38,898 nt of DNA from Chiloscyllium plagiosum (GCF_004010195.1 NW_025214080.1:1-38898), one strand, 5' to 3'. Positions 1-12,815 are shown, numbered from the stretch's first letter. Translations and numbers: made by a program. The notes: a model not told the origin generated them from the sequence alone.

Positions 1-214
1 ATCAGGCTGAGGGCAAATTTGCTCAAGCAAACCCAGTTAAAGAGCAACATCAACGCCAATCAAATCCACAGCATTTATCGAATGGAAGAAGGAAGATAGG
101 AAAAGCAGTTTGTGCAGGTTAGATCCACAAATTACTGTGTTTTCTTCTATTTTGCCTGACTTGCTTTCATTATTTGATTCATGTTCTTGGACAACATCCT
201 GCAACTACTTATGG

Positions 215-486
215 AGTCTTAGAAGTGTACAGCATGGAAACAGACCCAACTCATCCATGCCGACCTAACCTAATCTAGTCCCACTTGCCAGTACCCGGCC
301 CATTTCCCGCTAAACCCTTCCTATTCATTTACCCATCCAGATGCCTTTTAAAAGTTGTAATTGTACCAGCCTCCACCACTTCCTCATTCCATACACACAC
401 CACCCTCTGCGTGAAAAAGTTGCCTCTTAAGTCCCTTTTATATCTTTCCCCTCTCACCCTAAACCTCTGCCCTCTCATTCTGGACC
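215..486 (-). mobile_element. CR1 (HER1-like) LINE 3' fragment
   Basis: Minus frame reads RGQRFRVRGERYKRDLRGNFFTQRVVCVWN...FKRHLDG (CR1 ORF2 C-terminus), followed by the tail shared with other copies in the window. Confidence 0.85.
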
Positions 487-619
487 CACATTGCCGTTTT
501 TGTTCCCATGCGCCTGTTTGATTCTCTGCTGAGAATGGTATTAAGCTAATGTCGGAGGACCCTGGCCATTTCCTTGTGCCAGGTCCCAACAATGTAAACA
601 TAATAAAAGAACGTAGGAG

Positions 620-1150
620 TGAAAAGCAGAAAGGTGCTCCATACCCGTTACGCCAGTCAGTGCTCTCTTGGGTGACGGGCTTGTAGTTTCAACCCCACTT
701 TGCTGTCTGACCTGGTAGCCCTTGACTCCCTTCCCTATGAAAAACCTCTCTAACATGGCCCTGAATAAAGTCAATGACTTGGTCTCACTGCCCTCTGAGA
801 AAGAGAATTCTACAGATAATGTCCTCTGAAAGTTATTGAAAGAAAAGAGATTCTCATCTCAAAGTTAATTTGGAGACTCTCTAGAAGACCTCTAACTAGT
901 TGTGATTTCTATTCCCCACCCAGCAAAAAGGAACTTCCTCCCAGCATCCACCTATCTATTTCCCTTGGGTTGTTATGTTTCAATAAAATCACCTCTCATT
1001 CCTCTAAACTCAACAGAGTATGGGGTTCTGAACTTTTTCCTCATAAGATAACCCCTTCATCCCAGAAATTGGTAGAATGAGCTTTCCCAGAATGGCTTGT
1101 GTTGCTCCTTAAGTAAAGGGATTAAGATGATACGTGGTATTCCAAACACA
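620..1150 (-). mobile_element. Old, degenerate CR1 LINE 3' fragment
   Basis: Diverged similarity to CR1 tail and ORF2 end (FFIGKGVKGY in the minus ORF). Confidence 0.55.
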
Positions 1151-1354
1151 GGTGCCTTTCTTCCCTGGCTATTGGTTAGCAATCAGCAGCAGTGAAATAT
1201 TCCATGTTCCCCCATAGTCCAAGAGGACGTCTGAACTCCCAACAGATACAGGCCCAACCTCCCCCACATGATCGCATTCTCACTCCAGGTATGAGTCGCA
1301 TGAGCCTTCTCTGAACCGCCCTGAACACATTCACATCCTTTCATAAATAAGGAA

Positions 1355-1442
1355 ATCTTGTGGTGCCGTGGTAGTGTCCCTTCCCCACCTGTGCCAGAGG
1401 TATGTAGTAACATCTCTGAACTGGGTGATTAGGAAAATAGTT
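1355..1442 (+). mobile_element. Short (~110 bp) tRNA-derived SINE-like repeat (family C), internally deleted
   Basis: tcttgtggtgccgtggtagtgtccct...catctctgaactgggtgattag matches the copies at 38178 and 38505. Confidence 0.6.
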
Positions 1443-2059
1443 TAAACAGATAAAAAGAGAACAAAACTGTCCACAATGAATCAAACATTGTCTCAGCGAT
1501 ACTGTATGTAACTCTAGCAACTTGTATATTCACCTTATATTAGCCTACAACCTGTATTTGCCTCCTTAATCATTTTCTGTATCTACAAACTAACTTATTA
1601 TAAATCATGTACCCTTCTATACCTCATGTTGATTTTTTTTTGTTATTTTTCCTGCCCGAGTGGACAAGATTCAGGTTTTGCGAACTATACTCCATCTGTC
1701 AAATGTTGGCCGGCTCACTAAACCCATCACTGCCCCTTTGCAGACTCCTTGTTCCCGTAATCCCCAGCTACACAGGTTTCTGAGGTCGGTGTGCAGCACT
1801 GTCATCTGGAACAGGAAGTCAGTGCTGCCATCAGTGTGCCAATACCAGTAACCATGTGCTGATCCTTGGAGTAGCAATTCAGCTTAGGAGGCAACATTGT
1901 TCAAGTCCTCTTCACAATGTCCCCTCCTGTTTTGGGGCCAGCAGTACGTTCAGCAGCTGTACATTGTGCCCCTTCATCGCTGATGTAAGTTGATTATAAA
2001 TTGTAAATATTTGAGACCCCAACATTGATCACTGTGGCCAAGCACTTGTCACACCCTGC

Positions 2060-2295
2060 CATCCCCATCCCCTGACTCCCTTCCCAGCTCCTCCCCCCCA
2101 CTCCTTCCTTCCACTGCTCCCTGCCACCAACCAGATTCATTCCTCCCATTGACCAACCAGGTCGTACCCTCTAGCTGTCTTCACCTTTCCCCACTTCACC
2201 ACCCAGCTCCCCATAAAACCACCCCCAGTCCTGAAGAAGTATTAGACTTGAAACGTTGACTTCTCCACCTCCTGTTGCTGCCTGGCTTGCTGAAC
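2060..2295 (+). mobile_element. Penelope-like element 3' fragment with decayed hammerhead motif (2227-2261)
   Basis: C-rich tract, then agtc-CTGAAGA-agtattagactt-GAAA-cg-TT-gact (stem I agtc/gact), then a gctgcctggcttgctg tail like the other PLE copies. Confidence 0.7.
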
Positions 2296-2579
2296 CACCA
2301 ACACCACCATCATCACACATACACACCCAAATATCATCTATCCATGCTGTTAGCTCCCTGGTTAGAATGTGCTTTTGTACAGTTCCAAAAATGTTATGGC
2401 TTAAATTCAATCAGCATTAGAACTTAGGAAGCTCTTCAACAACATGAAACATTTTATTTTTTTTTAAATTGCAGTATTTTACTTAGAAACAGACAATGGG
2501 TAGAATCTTCCTGGTATTTGAGCGATGTGAACAATGGTGAGATTTGTAGAAGAATCAAATGAAAGGTTTGACAAGACCA

Positions 2580-2697
2580 ATAGAGTCATACAGCATGGAA
2601 ACAGACCCTTCAATCTAACCAGACCATGCTAAAGATAATTCCAAACTAAACTAATCCCACCTACCTGCACTTGGGTTGTATCCCTCCAAACATTTCA
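2580..2697 (-). mobile_element. CR1 LINE 3' tail
   Basis: gagtcatacagcatggaaacagacccttc... is the same tail as at 215, 5835, 7685 and 34305. Confidence 0.8.
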
Positions 2698-3175
2698 AAA
2701 TAAAAATCTTAAACTATTGAAATGGAAACAATGTAAGAAATCTAGAAGTAGCCACAATCTTTGGAGCAGCTGCATGATCCACACTACCCTCAATCCACCA
2801 TCTTGACATCAGAAGCATCTCAATCCATCTTTGATGCTAGTGTTGTGGCGTGATTCTCACTTGGCAGCAGTGAGTTGCCAATCAAAGGGGCTAATGCTGC
2901 TTATATGCCCTGGTCACAGCCCAACTCACCTCCATGAATATCAAGCTTCCTATCTTAGCAAACGTGCCAAACAAGCCAGAGATTGTGAAATCTCAACATG
3001 GACATCCGAGCAGGTACCTGCTGATATCAGCTGGGTGATTGCTCCAAAAGACTTCCATGTTGAACATTGGCACTGACATCTCAGGGCACACTCCATTGGC
3101 ACCAACGCCACATACACACAACCCATGTCCACAGATATAGGCTGACACGTGCCTCCAAGAATCCTCATGGCACAT

Positions 3176-3301
3176 GGTCTTGACGAAGGGTTTGGCCTGA
3201 AACAATAACTTTGCTGCTCCTCGGATGCTATCTGATCTGCTGTGCTTTTCCAGTTTCACATCTACTGACTCTGTCTTCCAGCATCTGCAGCCCTTACCAT
3301 T
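3176..3301 (+). mobile_element. Short PLE 3' fragment with degenerate hammerhead and TSD
   Basis: TTGACGA-A-GGG-tttgg-CCT-GAAA, then gctcctcggatgct...ccagcatctgcag. Flanked by TCCTCATGGCA(C/T)AT at 3162-3175 and 3302-3315. Confidence 0.75.
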
Positions 3302-4059
3302 TCCTCATGGCATATCTCTGATCCACTTATAGGATACCTGTACACTTCAGTGTTGCACTGGCAACTCTCACTGTCATACTGCGGCAAGGACGTTGTGCAG
3401 TTCGGCACACACACTCAGCTTGTGGACTAGGTCAGGCTCCAACTTCATAGCTGACTGTTCTAGTGTGCACTCACTCTGAGCTTACCTACATGCTTACAGC
3501 ACCCCTCCCTTGCATTGCCATGCCTTTTTGCACTTTTCCTCCTCTGCCAAGTATCCTATTACTACTGTGTTGCTGTCTTTTAGCACCAGCACAAGGCAAG
3601 GACATCTAAAATGGTTGTCAGCAGAGCTCCGTCCATTCAGGGGAGACAGCCTTTGCTCAGAAGAAGCCTTCAATATCAATCCAGGAGCTTGGAGTTGGTT
3701 AGTCAGCCACTCAAGGCAGTCAGAGGGTCCTCTCCCCATAACGGGTGAGGAATTGAATGTCAGTCACACCACCACCTGCCATGACTCTTGGTGCCCCATT
3801 GTCAGCTGTTATTCCTGCTGGTATGAGAAGGGGACAGGTATTACAGGGGGATGAAAATGGGTGAGACAGCTGTGCCTTGGGAGAGGAGTGCCCTGAATGA
3901 GCGAGTGGGCAGCACAGAGGGCGTTGCAGGTTTCGTGATGTGGGATGGATAATGGTGAGTGAGGGAAGATATGGCAAACAGGAAACGAGTCTTGGTGAGT
4001 GGTGGGTGCAGTATCAGAGTGAGAGTGAGTGCAAGGTATCATGGAGAAAATGTTGGCAC

Positions 4060-4254
4060 TTAGACTGGGCCTTCTTATAGGCCTGGACATTCCTCCTGAT
4101 GGCTGAGACCTCACTCATCTCAGACCAGACTGGCACGGTTTGGTGTCGTGGCATCCATTACCGGTCTTTGGAGAGGAGGACACAGGCTGTGCACCACAAA
4201 GTCCAGCCGGTTCCTTTCTGCCCAGCAGGGCACCAATTCTATCCTGTGTCCCAT
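4060..4254 (-). pseudogene. Decayed Myb/SANT-like ORF, probably from a PIF/Harbinger DNA transposon (element may span ~2498-4543)
   Basis: Manual translation: MGHRIELVPCWAERNRLDFVVHSL / frameshift / VLLSKDR*WMPRHQTVPVWSEMSEVSAIRRNVQAYKK, resembling Harbinger-associated trihelix Myb domains. Weak candidate TIRs at 2498 and ~4531-4543. Confidence 0.4.
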
Positions 4255-5694
4255 GTGCAGGGTCATGCAGGGAGCTCCAGACTGACAGTATTTATCACGC
4301 TGCGCAATGCACTTTTAAGGAAGCCCTGGTCACAGAAGATGCTGGTGAATTCCGGCTTAGCTGCTGAGTAGCACATTATTCCAGAAATAGCATGCATCGG
4401 GTTGGGGCCAAAGTGTCGTCATAGAGGCGAGGTAGCAGGTTAAAACGGTGAGTTTGCTGAGAAAGGGAACAATCTCTCTGCCTCAGATCGGAAAGCCTTC
4501 CTGCGATCCTGACACCACTTAGCCAATAAACATAAGGTTCAGCGTGATATGTGCTTCAGTATTTTCAGTCTAATGCATTTGTGTAAATTGCGAAATAATA
4601 TTTCGGGAAGTTCCCTTTGATGAATGGTCCTGACAGATTATTTCTAAGTACAACGATGGTTGCTATCTTCACTAAAGTCTGTTAGAGTCTCACATCAGTG
4701 AGGTGTGAGTTCTGTTCCTAGGCTGTGAGGTTCCTGCAGATTTCTGAGAGTCATGGGCACTGACACCAGAAATTGTTTGATGCATCTAGCTTTCGATTTG
4801 TTTTAAGATGTCTTTACTCGGAGTGCAAAGCAGTTAATTTTCAGAAAAACGCTTCATGTTGGATGTATCTGAATATTCTCCTGTGAGCTATTTGCCAAAT
4901 TTTAATTTCCTTTTCCTATGCTTATGTATGCACTTAATTGCAAATAAATCCAGTAGTTGTTCTTAGCCTGTAAGATTGCAATTTTGAATAATGGCTTAAC
5001 CATGGACTGATGCAAATGAGCAGTGTGGGTACATGAAGTCCTAAGTTCAGTGCATTGTTCATATTGCTGTTGTTGGAATAATTTTAAGCTTTGGGTGACA
5101 ATGGTTACAGGGAGACTCTAAAAGAACGATGCTGCACGTTGACTATGTGTAGGTTTCACGAGAAGACTCCTGTTAGACCAGGACAAAAAAAAAACGATGC
5201 AACGTTTTAAAATCATCGTAACACCAAGATGCGATCCATATCGCAAACTAAGGACATGCATGCTATTATTGGGGCATATATTAACTGAAGTAGGTAATGA
5301 ACAGTCAGATGAACCAATGTTAAATATATTAATGGCAGCATGTCACAGTCACTGGAGAGAAGTACTGCGGGACTCTGACAGATTTTCTTGACATGTTTAG
5401 CATCTCTGTGCCTGTTCATATTGCTCTCCCTCCATTCTATACCCAGTTTCACCTTTACAAATAAGCCTGCTTACTAAAAAGGAGATTATTGTCTCATCGA
5501 TTCAGAGGAAACATAAGAAGGTAAAATGTGGGCACTTACTCTTTGGTCAGAGGGTAGAATATTCTCCCAGTTATGAATGTATCCAGGACCCCAGGTGAGC
5601 ATCATCCAGGGACACCATGCGGTGTTGCTGTGCGGTGCATGTGCAATGTCATTAACAACATCGAGGAGCTTGAGACATATGAGGACGGCTTACA

Positions 5695-6355
5695 AGACTG
5701 GTACAAACCATTTAATACCTATTAACATTTGTTAAGCCACTTTTGGAATATTGGATATTCGGAAGGATATCGTAAAACTTGAAAGGGTTCAGAAGATATT
5801 TACAAGGATGTTGCCAGGGTTGGAGGATTTGAGTTAAAGAGTCATAGCATGGAAACAGACCCTTCGGTCCAACTTGTCCATGCCAACCAGATATCCTAAA
5901 TTGATCTAGTCCCACCTGCCAGCAGGGAGAGGCTGAACAGGCTGGGGCTGTTTACCCTGGAGCGTCAGAGGCTGAGGGGTGACCTTATAGAGGTTTATGA
6001 AATCATGAGGGGCTTGGATAGGATAAATAGACAAAGCCTTTTCCCTGGGGTGGAGGAGTCCAGAACTAGAGGGCATATGTTTAGGGTGCAAGGGGAAAGA
6101 TATAAAAGGAATCTAAGGAGCAACTTCTTCACAGAGAGGGTGATGCATGTATGGAAAGTGATGCCAGACGAAGTGGTGGAGGCTGGTACAATTACAGCAT
6201 TTAAAAGGCATCTGGATGGGTATATGAATAGGAAGGGTTTGGAGGGATGTGGAACGGCTGCTGGCAGGTGGGACTAGATCAATTTAGGATATCTGGTTGG
6301 CATGGACAAGTTGGACCGAAGGGTCTGTTTCCGTGCTATGACTCTTTATACTATG
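5695..6355 (+). mobile_element. CR1 (HER1-like) LINE 3' fragment with an internal inverted copy of its own tail
   Basis: ORF 6005-6277 MRGLDRINRQSLFP...RTRGHMFRVQGERYKRNLRSNFFTERV...FKRHLDGYM. 5835-5925 is the reverse complement of 6258-6348. Confidence 0.9.
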
Positions 6356-6884
6356 GGCAGATGTGTGGTGAAGTAGACCTTCAGTAGTGCCTCCTTCCAT
6401 AAGGTCTGAGCCCCATGTGATGTAGCATCATCATGACATAGCTTCTTGCACACTTGCTTAGTAGCTGTTGTAAGTTCATTGGTAGATTTCACCCTCTACA
6501 TCTCCTCCCAAGTATTTACTCCCCACTTCTAACTCTCAGTAGTTACATGCTGTCCCATTGTATACTTACTACATGCACGTGAAAGCTGCTCAGAATGGAT
6601 AATCCTACCCCATTCTCCTTTCTGGACTTTGCCATGGTGGAGATCGGGACCCGCTCTGCCTGGGAGTTTAACACTGTGCTGTGCAATCCGAATGGATCTT
6701 TGATCTCCCTGATACTCTTTGTCATTGGCCGTTGTGACGAGTTATGTGCAAGCTTTCAGCTCTATTGAATGATCTCCTTTGAGGAACGTTTCCTGATAAA
6801 ATGTTTCAAATAAGATGGAAACTGGATAGTTAAAAGTGAAGAGAAATCATTATTACAGGATAAGGTCCAACAGCTTTTCTTTGA

Positions 6885-6955
6885 ATGTATTTGTATTTGT
6901 GTGCGTGTGTATGTGTATCTGTGTGTATATATGTGTATTTGTGTGTATATAAATA
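6885..6955. repeat. Degenerate (TG)n/(TA)n microsatellite
   Basis: tgtatttgtatttgtgtgcgtgtgtatgtgtatctgtgtgtatatatgtg... Confidence 0.8.
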
Positions 6956-7684
6956 TATCTTCCCAAGTAGGCTGAATTACTCCAAGACTTTCCACATGGA
7001 TGAACTTTGCCCTCTCTTGCTAACTTTTCATGGTTAGTAGTGGTTTAGAAAGTTCTGTTTGTTTCCTCATTTAGTCTTGGCTTCCATAAGGGAACATTCC
7101 TCCTCGTTGGAGTAAACAGGATATGCGTAATCACTGGGAAACGGCACTCATCTTCGTCTCATCTTATAGTTCATTTAAAAAGTTCAAACTCATTGTTCTG
7201 AATACTTGGAAAAATCAGAGCTAAGTAACACGTTTACTCAAAATGGAAAATTGATCCATGTTGACTATTACTCATGAGGCAATATGTACTGCCTGCTGTC
7301 AGTTTGTAATGGGGACCAAAAACATTGTGCTTCCCTCTTAGTGATATTGCTTCAGGGAAAATTCTGCTCATCTGGCATTCGGTGTAGGACAAGCAATTTG
7401 ATATTGATACATCAAACAGAGAGGTTGAGAGGCAGTGGAGCTACTGGTCATCGGTGTACATTGTGAACACTATCACTGTGCTTTCAATGGATGTGACCAA
7501 GATGGTAACATAGACATGATAAAAAAGAGGGAACTAAGGATGGATCCGTAAGGCATAACAGATGTAATGGTCTGGGAGCAGAATGACAATTAATCCCTAG
7601 TAATATTTTGGCTATGACTGGAAAGAAAACGTTCATGTCTAAATACAGCAAGACCTGGAGAATACCCATGTTTTGGCCGACAAG

Positions 7685-7812
7685 TCATGGAGTCAAATAG
7701 CATGTAAACAGACCTTTCAGTTTCCTAAACTAAACCAGTCTCATTTGCCTGTGTTTGGTCCATATCCCTCCTAAACCTTTCCTATTCATGTACCTGTCCA
7801 AATGTCTTAAAT
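7685..7812 (-). mobile_element. CR1 LINE 3' tail
   Basis: Same tail sequence as the other CR1 copies (catatccctcctaaacctttcctattcatgtacctgtccaaatg). Confidence 0.8.
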
Positions 7813-8780
7813 GGCAAGTAACCTTCACGCCAGACAAATGTCGTGCAATGATCAACTGCAACAAGAGAGATTCTAACCATCATCCCTTGATGTTCAATGG
7901 CATTATCATCACTGAATTGCTCACTATCAGCATTCTGACGATTTACCATTGACCAGAAACTGAACTGGGCTAGCAATTTAACTGCCATTGCTACAACAGC
8001 AGATCATATGCTCAAAATCCTGCAGTGAGTAACTCCCCTCCTGACTCCCAAAGCTTGTCCACCATCTACAAGGTGCACAAGTCGGGAGTGTGATGGAATA
8101 CTCCCCACTCGCCTGAGTGGATGCAGCTCCAACAATCCTCAAGAGACTTGAAACATGCAGGACAAAGCAGTCCACTTGATTGGCACCACATAGACAAATA
8201 TCCACTCCCTCCACTACCGATGCTCAGTAGCTCGGTGGTTAGCACTGCTGCCTCACAGCACCATGGACCCGGTTTCGATTCCAGCCTTGGGTGACTGTCG
8301 GTATGGAGTTTGCACATTCTCCCCCTGTCCGCGTGGGTTTCCTCCGGATGTTCTGGTTGCCTTCCCACTATCCAAAGATGTGCAGGTCAGGTGAATTGGC
8401 CATGCTAAATTGCCCATAGTGTTCAGGAATGTGTAGGTTAGGTGCATTGGTCAGGGGTAAATGTAGAGTAATAGGGTGGGGGAATGGGTTTGGATGGATT
8501 ACTCTTTGGAGGATTGTTGTGGACTTGGGCTGAAGGACCTGTTTCCACACTGTAGGGATTCTATAATTCCGTGTGTGTGCTACCTACAAAATGTACAGCG
8601 GACATTCAGGGCTCTTTAGACAGCACCTTCCAAACCCACAATGACTACCATCTAGAAAGACAAAGACCACAGATGCATGGTAACCCCATTACATATAAGT
8701 TCTGAACCCAACCACGCACCAACCTGACTTGGAAATATAGTGGCATTTCTTCTGTGAAGCTGAGTCTAATTCCTGAGTCT
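7810..8780 (+). mobile_element. Second LINE family (CR1/L2 supergroup) RT C-terminal fragment, interrupted by an HE1 SINE
   Basis: Disrupted frames reading KWQVTFTPDKCRAM...FNGIII...DQKLNW...LSTIYKV...VMEYSPLA...QDKAVHLIG; the sequence resumes after 8566. Confidence 0.75.
8228..8566 (+). mobile_element. HE1-type V-SINE
   Basis: tRNA head (ctcggtggttagcactgctgcctcacagc, B-box ggtttcgattcc), V-domain (ggagtttgcacattctcc) and CR1-like tail (tttccacactgtagggattcta). Confidence 0.9.
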
Positions 8781-9595
8781 AAACCAGAATGCAAAAGGTG
8801 GGATCTTGTTCAAGGTGACCTTAAGAAAGGGAATGAGGGAGAGATTGGAGAAAAATGGTGCAAGTGACAGGCATCGGTGGTTGAATTTTTGACGATAGAA
8901 GCCTTGATACTTGAGCTTATTGCATGCAAACGAGCACACTGTTAAATCGAGGTAATTGGCTAGCAGCCCAGAGCAGCAAATGTTGATCTCTTAGCCACTT
9001 TGTGTTTAGTTAGACTGGGAATTGAACCTAGGCTCCTCTGAGCTGAATGAGCCTGCAGTTACGTTTGGTGCTGTTTAATTTACATCTTAATGGCCATTTG
9101 CCAATGGTGCAGCGAGGCCCTATGTAGGGATAAATATAGTGAATCTATCTTTAATATTACACTTTATGCATGCATTTCCTGTTGGTCACACTTCAGGTGC
9201 CACACACTGTTACATGCAAATTTCTGCTGTCATGTTTGAAAACACATTTCTAAAAGTTGAAGCTTGTCACTTACACAATCCCTCCAGATTATTAAAACAA
9301 GAGACCATCTGGAAACCAAGTGAAGGATCCAATTTCCATCACATTTTGAATGTATTTGGCCTTTGGCTGAAATGAGTAGATCTTGTTGTCTTCATAAGAC
9401 CCGAAGAAAAATGCACCAAAAGGTATCATGTTCCTGCCTTTGTCATCCAACTTGCTGAGCAGCATCTTGGGAGGGGGAATGTTTGAGTCTGGCATCTGCC
9501 CTCTGGATTTCAAAATGCCAATAAGACTAAAGGTTGGTCTGCTATTGCATACTCATTTCTTCGCAACTGGAGCTGGGAAATGTCAAGCCTGCACC

Positions 9596-9914
9596 AGCGG
9601 CGCGGTGGCTCAGTGGTTAGCACTGCTGCCTCAGCGACAGAGACCCAGATTCAATTCCAGCCTCGGGTCACAGTCTGTGTGGAATTTGCACATTCTTCCT
9701 GTGTCTGCATGGGTTTCCTCCTAGGTTCGATGGGTTGGCCATGCTAAATTGCCCCATCATATCCAGGGATGTGTAGGTTAGGTGGATTAGCCATGGGAAA
9801 TGCAAAGTTACAAGGATAGGTGGGGGTGGCGGATCTGGCTGGGGTAGTCTTCAGAGGGTCACGATGGACTTGATAGGGCAAAAGCCTGCTTCCACACTGC
9901 AGGGATTCTATGAT
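9596..9914 (+). mobile_element. HE1-type V-SINE
   Basis: A-box TGGCTCAGTGG, B-box gattcaattcc, V-domain and tail ggattctatgat. Confidence 0.9.
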
Positions 9915-11841
9915 CCTAACCCATAGTGCTAATCTGTTGTCTTTGGGGTGTGTCTATTCGCAGCTGTGAGACTGTGACATTGAAGAGGATATTCAGATTC
10001 TGTGTATAATGGTTTCTGTATAATGCCTGACAGTGATAGGGCACCATGTTTTGTGTGTTCTCAGTGTAGCTTCTGCCCAAAGTCACAGGAGATCCGCAAA
10101 CACATTTAAAAAGCTCAGTGCTGTAAAAATCAAAATCTGGCAACACATTAGCTCATAGTGGGAGAGGGAAATTTCTTGCATAATTGCTGACTTTAAATAC
10201 ACCTTTCAGGTTCCTTTTTAGATTCTGCTTCTTTGTCAAACCATTGGGGATTAGTCAGTAACCGCCCTCAAAGCACGATTCAGTTGAAGTGTTCTAACCT
10301 TCCTGACTCCATAGTTAATGATGTGCTAAAACCTCAGCAGCTAAATATTGATATCACAGCTCTGCTGAACTGACCCGGCATTATAGGCGAGCAGACAATT
10401 TATTAAGGGAATCAGAGCTGTGCAATGCCAGGATGACAGAGTACAATCCAGGTCACATAAACATCAGGCTTATTTGCCAAGACATTAGATGCTTGGATTG
10501 TGGCCTCTGACCTGCAATTATTCCCTGGAAATATACAGTGGGATCATTTATCCAGAATCAATTGTAGCCCATCCCCTCTCACTTCCATTGTTCTTTTCAA
10601 AATTAGCTGGCGTTAAGTGAGTGAGTAGAGTCACAAAAGCCAAGTCTGGAATGCATTTTATTTTTCCCAACACTTCTCCAAAAAAATAATTGTTGCAAGC
10701 AAACCTGTTTTTGACATTGCACATACATTTCCTGTTATTCTGCTGCAGGATTTCATTTGGCTGGCCTTTATTTCATTCAGTAGTGCACGGGAAACTCCTT
10801 AATGTCTGCTGTCTTCCAGCAGTGAGTGAATCTTAGACCCCCCTCCAACCCAGGTTTAGCTTCAAAACCACATTCTCTCCATCCATCTGTTTGGGAGTTA
10901 GGTCAATCCAGTTTACCATATGTTTTCTTGAACGTAACCCAGGCTGTGCCCAGAGTTTCAGTCTAATCTTTAAAGAACACCTTTACATGATAAGAAGTCT
11001 TGGCTGATCTCTGTGTGTTAAACTGCTGTCTGAAGAAGATTAGCTTTTAATAGCAACTGGTAATAGAATTACATTCAGGTATTCTAATGGTAACTGCATC
11101 AAAATACTGATTTCACCTTTTTTTTAAGTCTCTCTCATTGATAGGAGGATTTGAAGTTTAATTTCACTTCAGTTATTGAATGGTCACTATCGTTCTGAAA
11201 GTTGGCCACTTGTGTTTTCCTGCACAGTTTTTATTGGAAGAGAGATGGAGTTGTGTGTTTATCCGGTTTGTGCCTTCATACTCCTGCAATATGCCTTAGG
11301 GAAGGGGCTTTTTCTCTGTTGAAGGCACCATATAACAGAATCTTAGTGAGATTACAAAGCGCACTGAGCTGTAATCCTGCCTCCCTATGGCCTTTGACAC
11401 TGAAAATAAAATTGAAGTTGGAACACATTTGAAGCATTAGATTGTCCCAGACACAATTGTCACCTGGAAATTATGCTTTACATGCCAAATGAAAATGCTG
11501 TTTATAAGGCTTTTCTGGACCTGGGAATTTCCAAAATTCTGTGGTTCTTCTTTGAAGAAAAATAACTTGTGTTTAGATAGATCCTTATTAGTGTCCTCAT
11601 ACTACAGAGAAATGTTTTAGGTCGTGTTTTCCCATTTTAGGGCACCTTTATAAAGGCAATTTGTGATTGACCCAGAGCACTTAATGGCTGATGAATAAAT
11701 TTTGAAGTGTTGTTATACAGACAATGAAAGCAGGATGTGTGTATTTACTGGCGAGTGAAAGTGCGTCATTGAATGAAACAGGTTGAGGTTTGGCTTTCTT
11801 CTCGATGGTAAAGGTAGCAGTGACTTTTGTTTTGGATATGC

Positions 11842-12032
11842 TGGTGTTGGACTGAGGTGTACAAAATTAAAAATCACACAACACCAGGTTATAGTCCAAC
11901 AGGTTTAATTGGAAGCACTGGCTTTTGGACCACTGCTCCTCATGAACCACCTGATGAAGGAGCAGCACTCCGAAAGCTAGTGCTTCCAAATGAACCTGTT
12001 GGACTATAACCTGGTGTAGTGTGATTTTTAAC
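11842..12032 (+). mobile_element. Palindromic non-autonomous Penelope-like fragment (inverted pLTR arms)
   Basis: Arms ttaaaaatcacacaacaccaggttatagtccaacaggtt (from 11867) and aacctgttggactataacctggtgtagtgtgatttttaa (to 12031); hammerhead motif in the right arm. Confidence 0.8.
11948..11982 (+). ncRNA. Minimal type-I hammerhead ribozyme motif
   Basis: cac-CUGAUGA-A-GGAG-cagca-CUCC-GAAA-gc-UA|-gug: intact core, 4-bp stem II, 3-bp stem I, palindromic AGCU stem III. Activity untested. Confidence 0.75.
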
Positions 12033-12699
12033 AATGATATTTGAGTCACTGTTCCATCGTTGGCAGCCGCGCCAGATGTAAGTTTTCCCTTCAGCTCAGA
12101 TTATTTTTAGGGTTGTTTTGTGGCGATTGCGAGCCTTTAACAAAGTTCTGAAGGCTTGTGGCAAAAGAAAAGCAGTCCACTGTCAAATTAATGCTTGGAA
12201 ATCCAGGGCCGTTTCAGACCTTGTTAGTCGACGTCAACCGCATTCATTGGGTTTGGTATTTCGGTTCTTGAAATACGCAGCACTGCCTGGTTATAACCCA
12301 GGGTTCATCTTTCAGCTTCTCAACCTGATCTGGTTCAGGACAGGTTCCCTCAGCAAAAGCCAGCAGCGGCGCAAGGAACAAGCGACTTGACTTGTTGAAG
12401 CGAGGCAATTTGTGTCGCAGTGATGGACATGGCGTTACTTTTCACTGAGGTTCAGGGACATTTCTCAAATTCAGGATGAAAATGAGACCCAGCATACCAC
12501 CCAATGCTCCCTCCACAAATCCCCAGCTTACTCCCTGGCTGCCTGATGTGTGCGTTCAAACATTCAAAACACTGGAAATTTGAAGAACTATGTTTCCAGG
12601 TTGTCACAGAAAAGCAACATTGTGAAGAAACCTGAGGCATTGAGCACCTGCCTCAGTCAACCAAGACTTCTTATAGCCCCCCGTCTGAACACTGAATAG

Positions 12700-12815
12700 C
12701 AAAAGGTTGCAGAGACATGGGCCAAGCGCAGGCAAGTGGGACTAGTTTAATTTGGGAACATGGTCGTTGTGGACTAGCTGGACCAAAGGGTCTGGTTCCA
12801 TGCTGAATGACTGAG
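12700..12815 (+). mobile_element. CR1 LINE 3' tail
   Basis: atgggccaagcgcaggcaagtgggactag...ggaccaaagggtctggttccatgctgaatgact. Confidence 0.75.
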
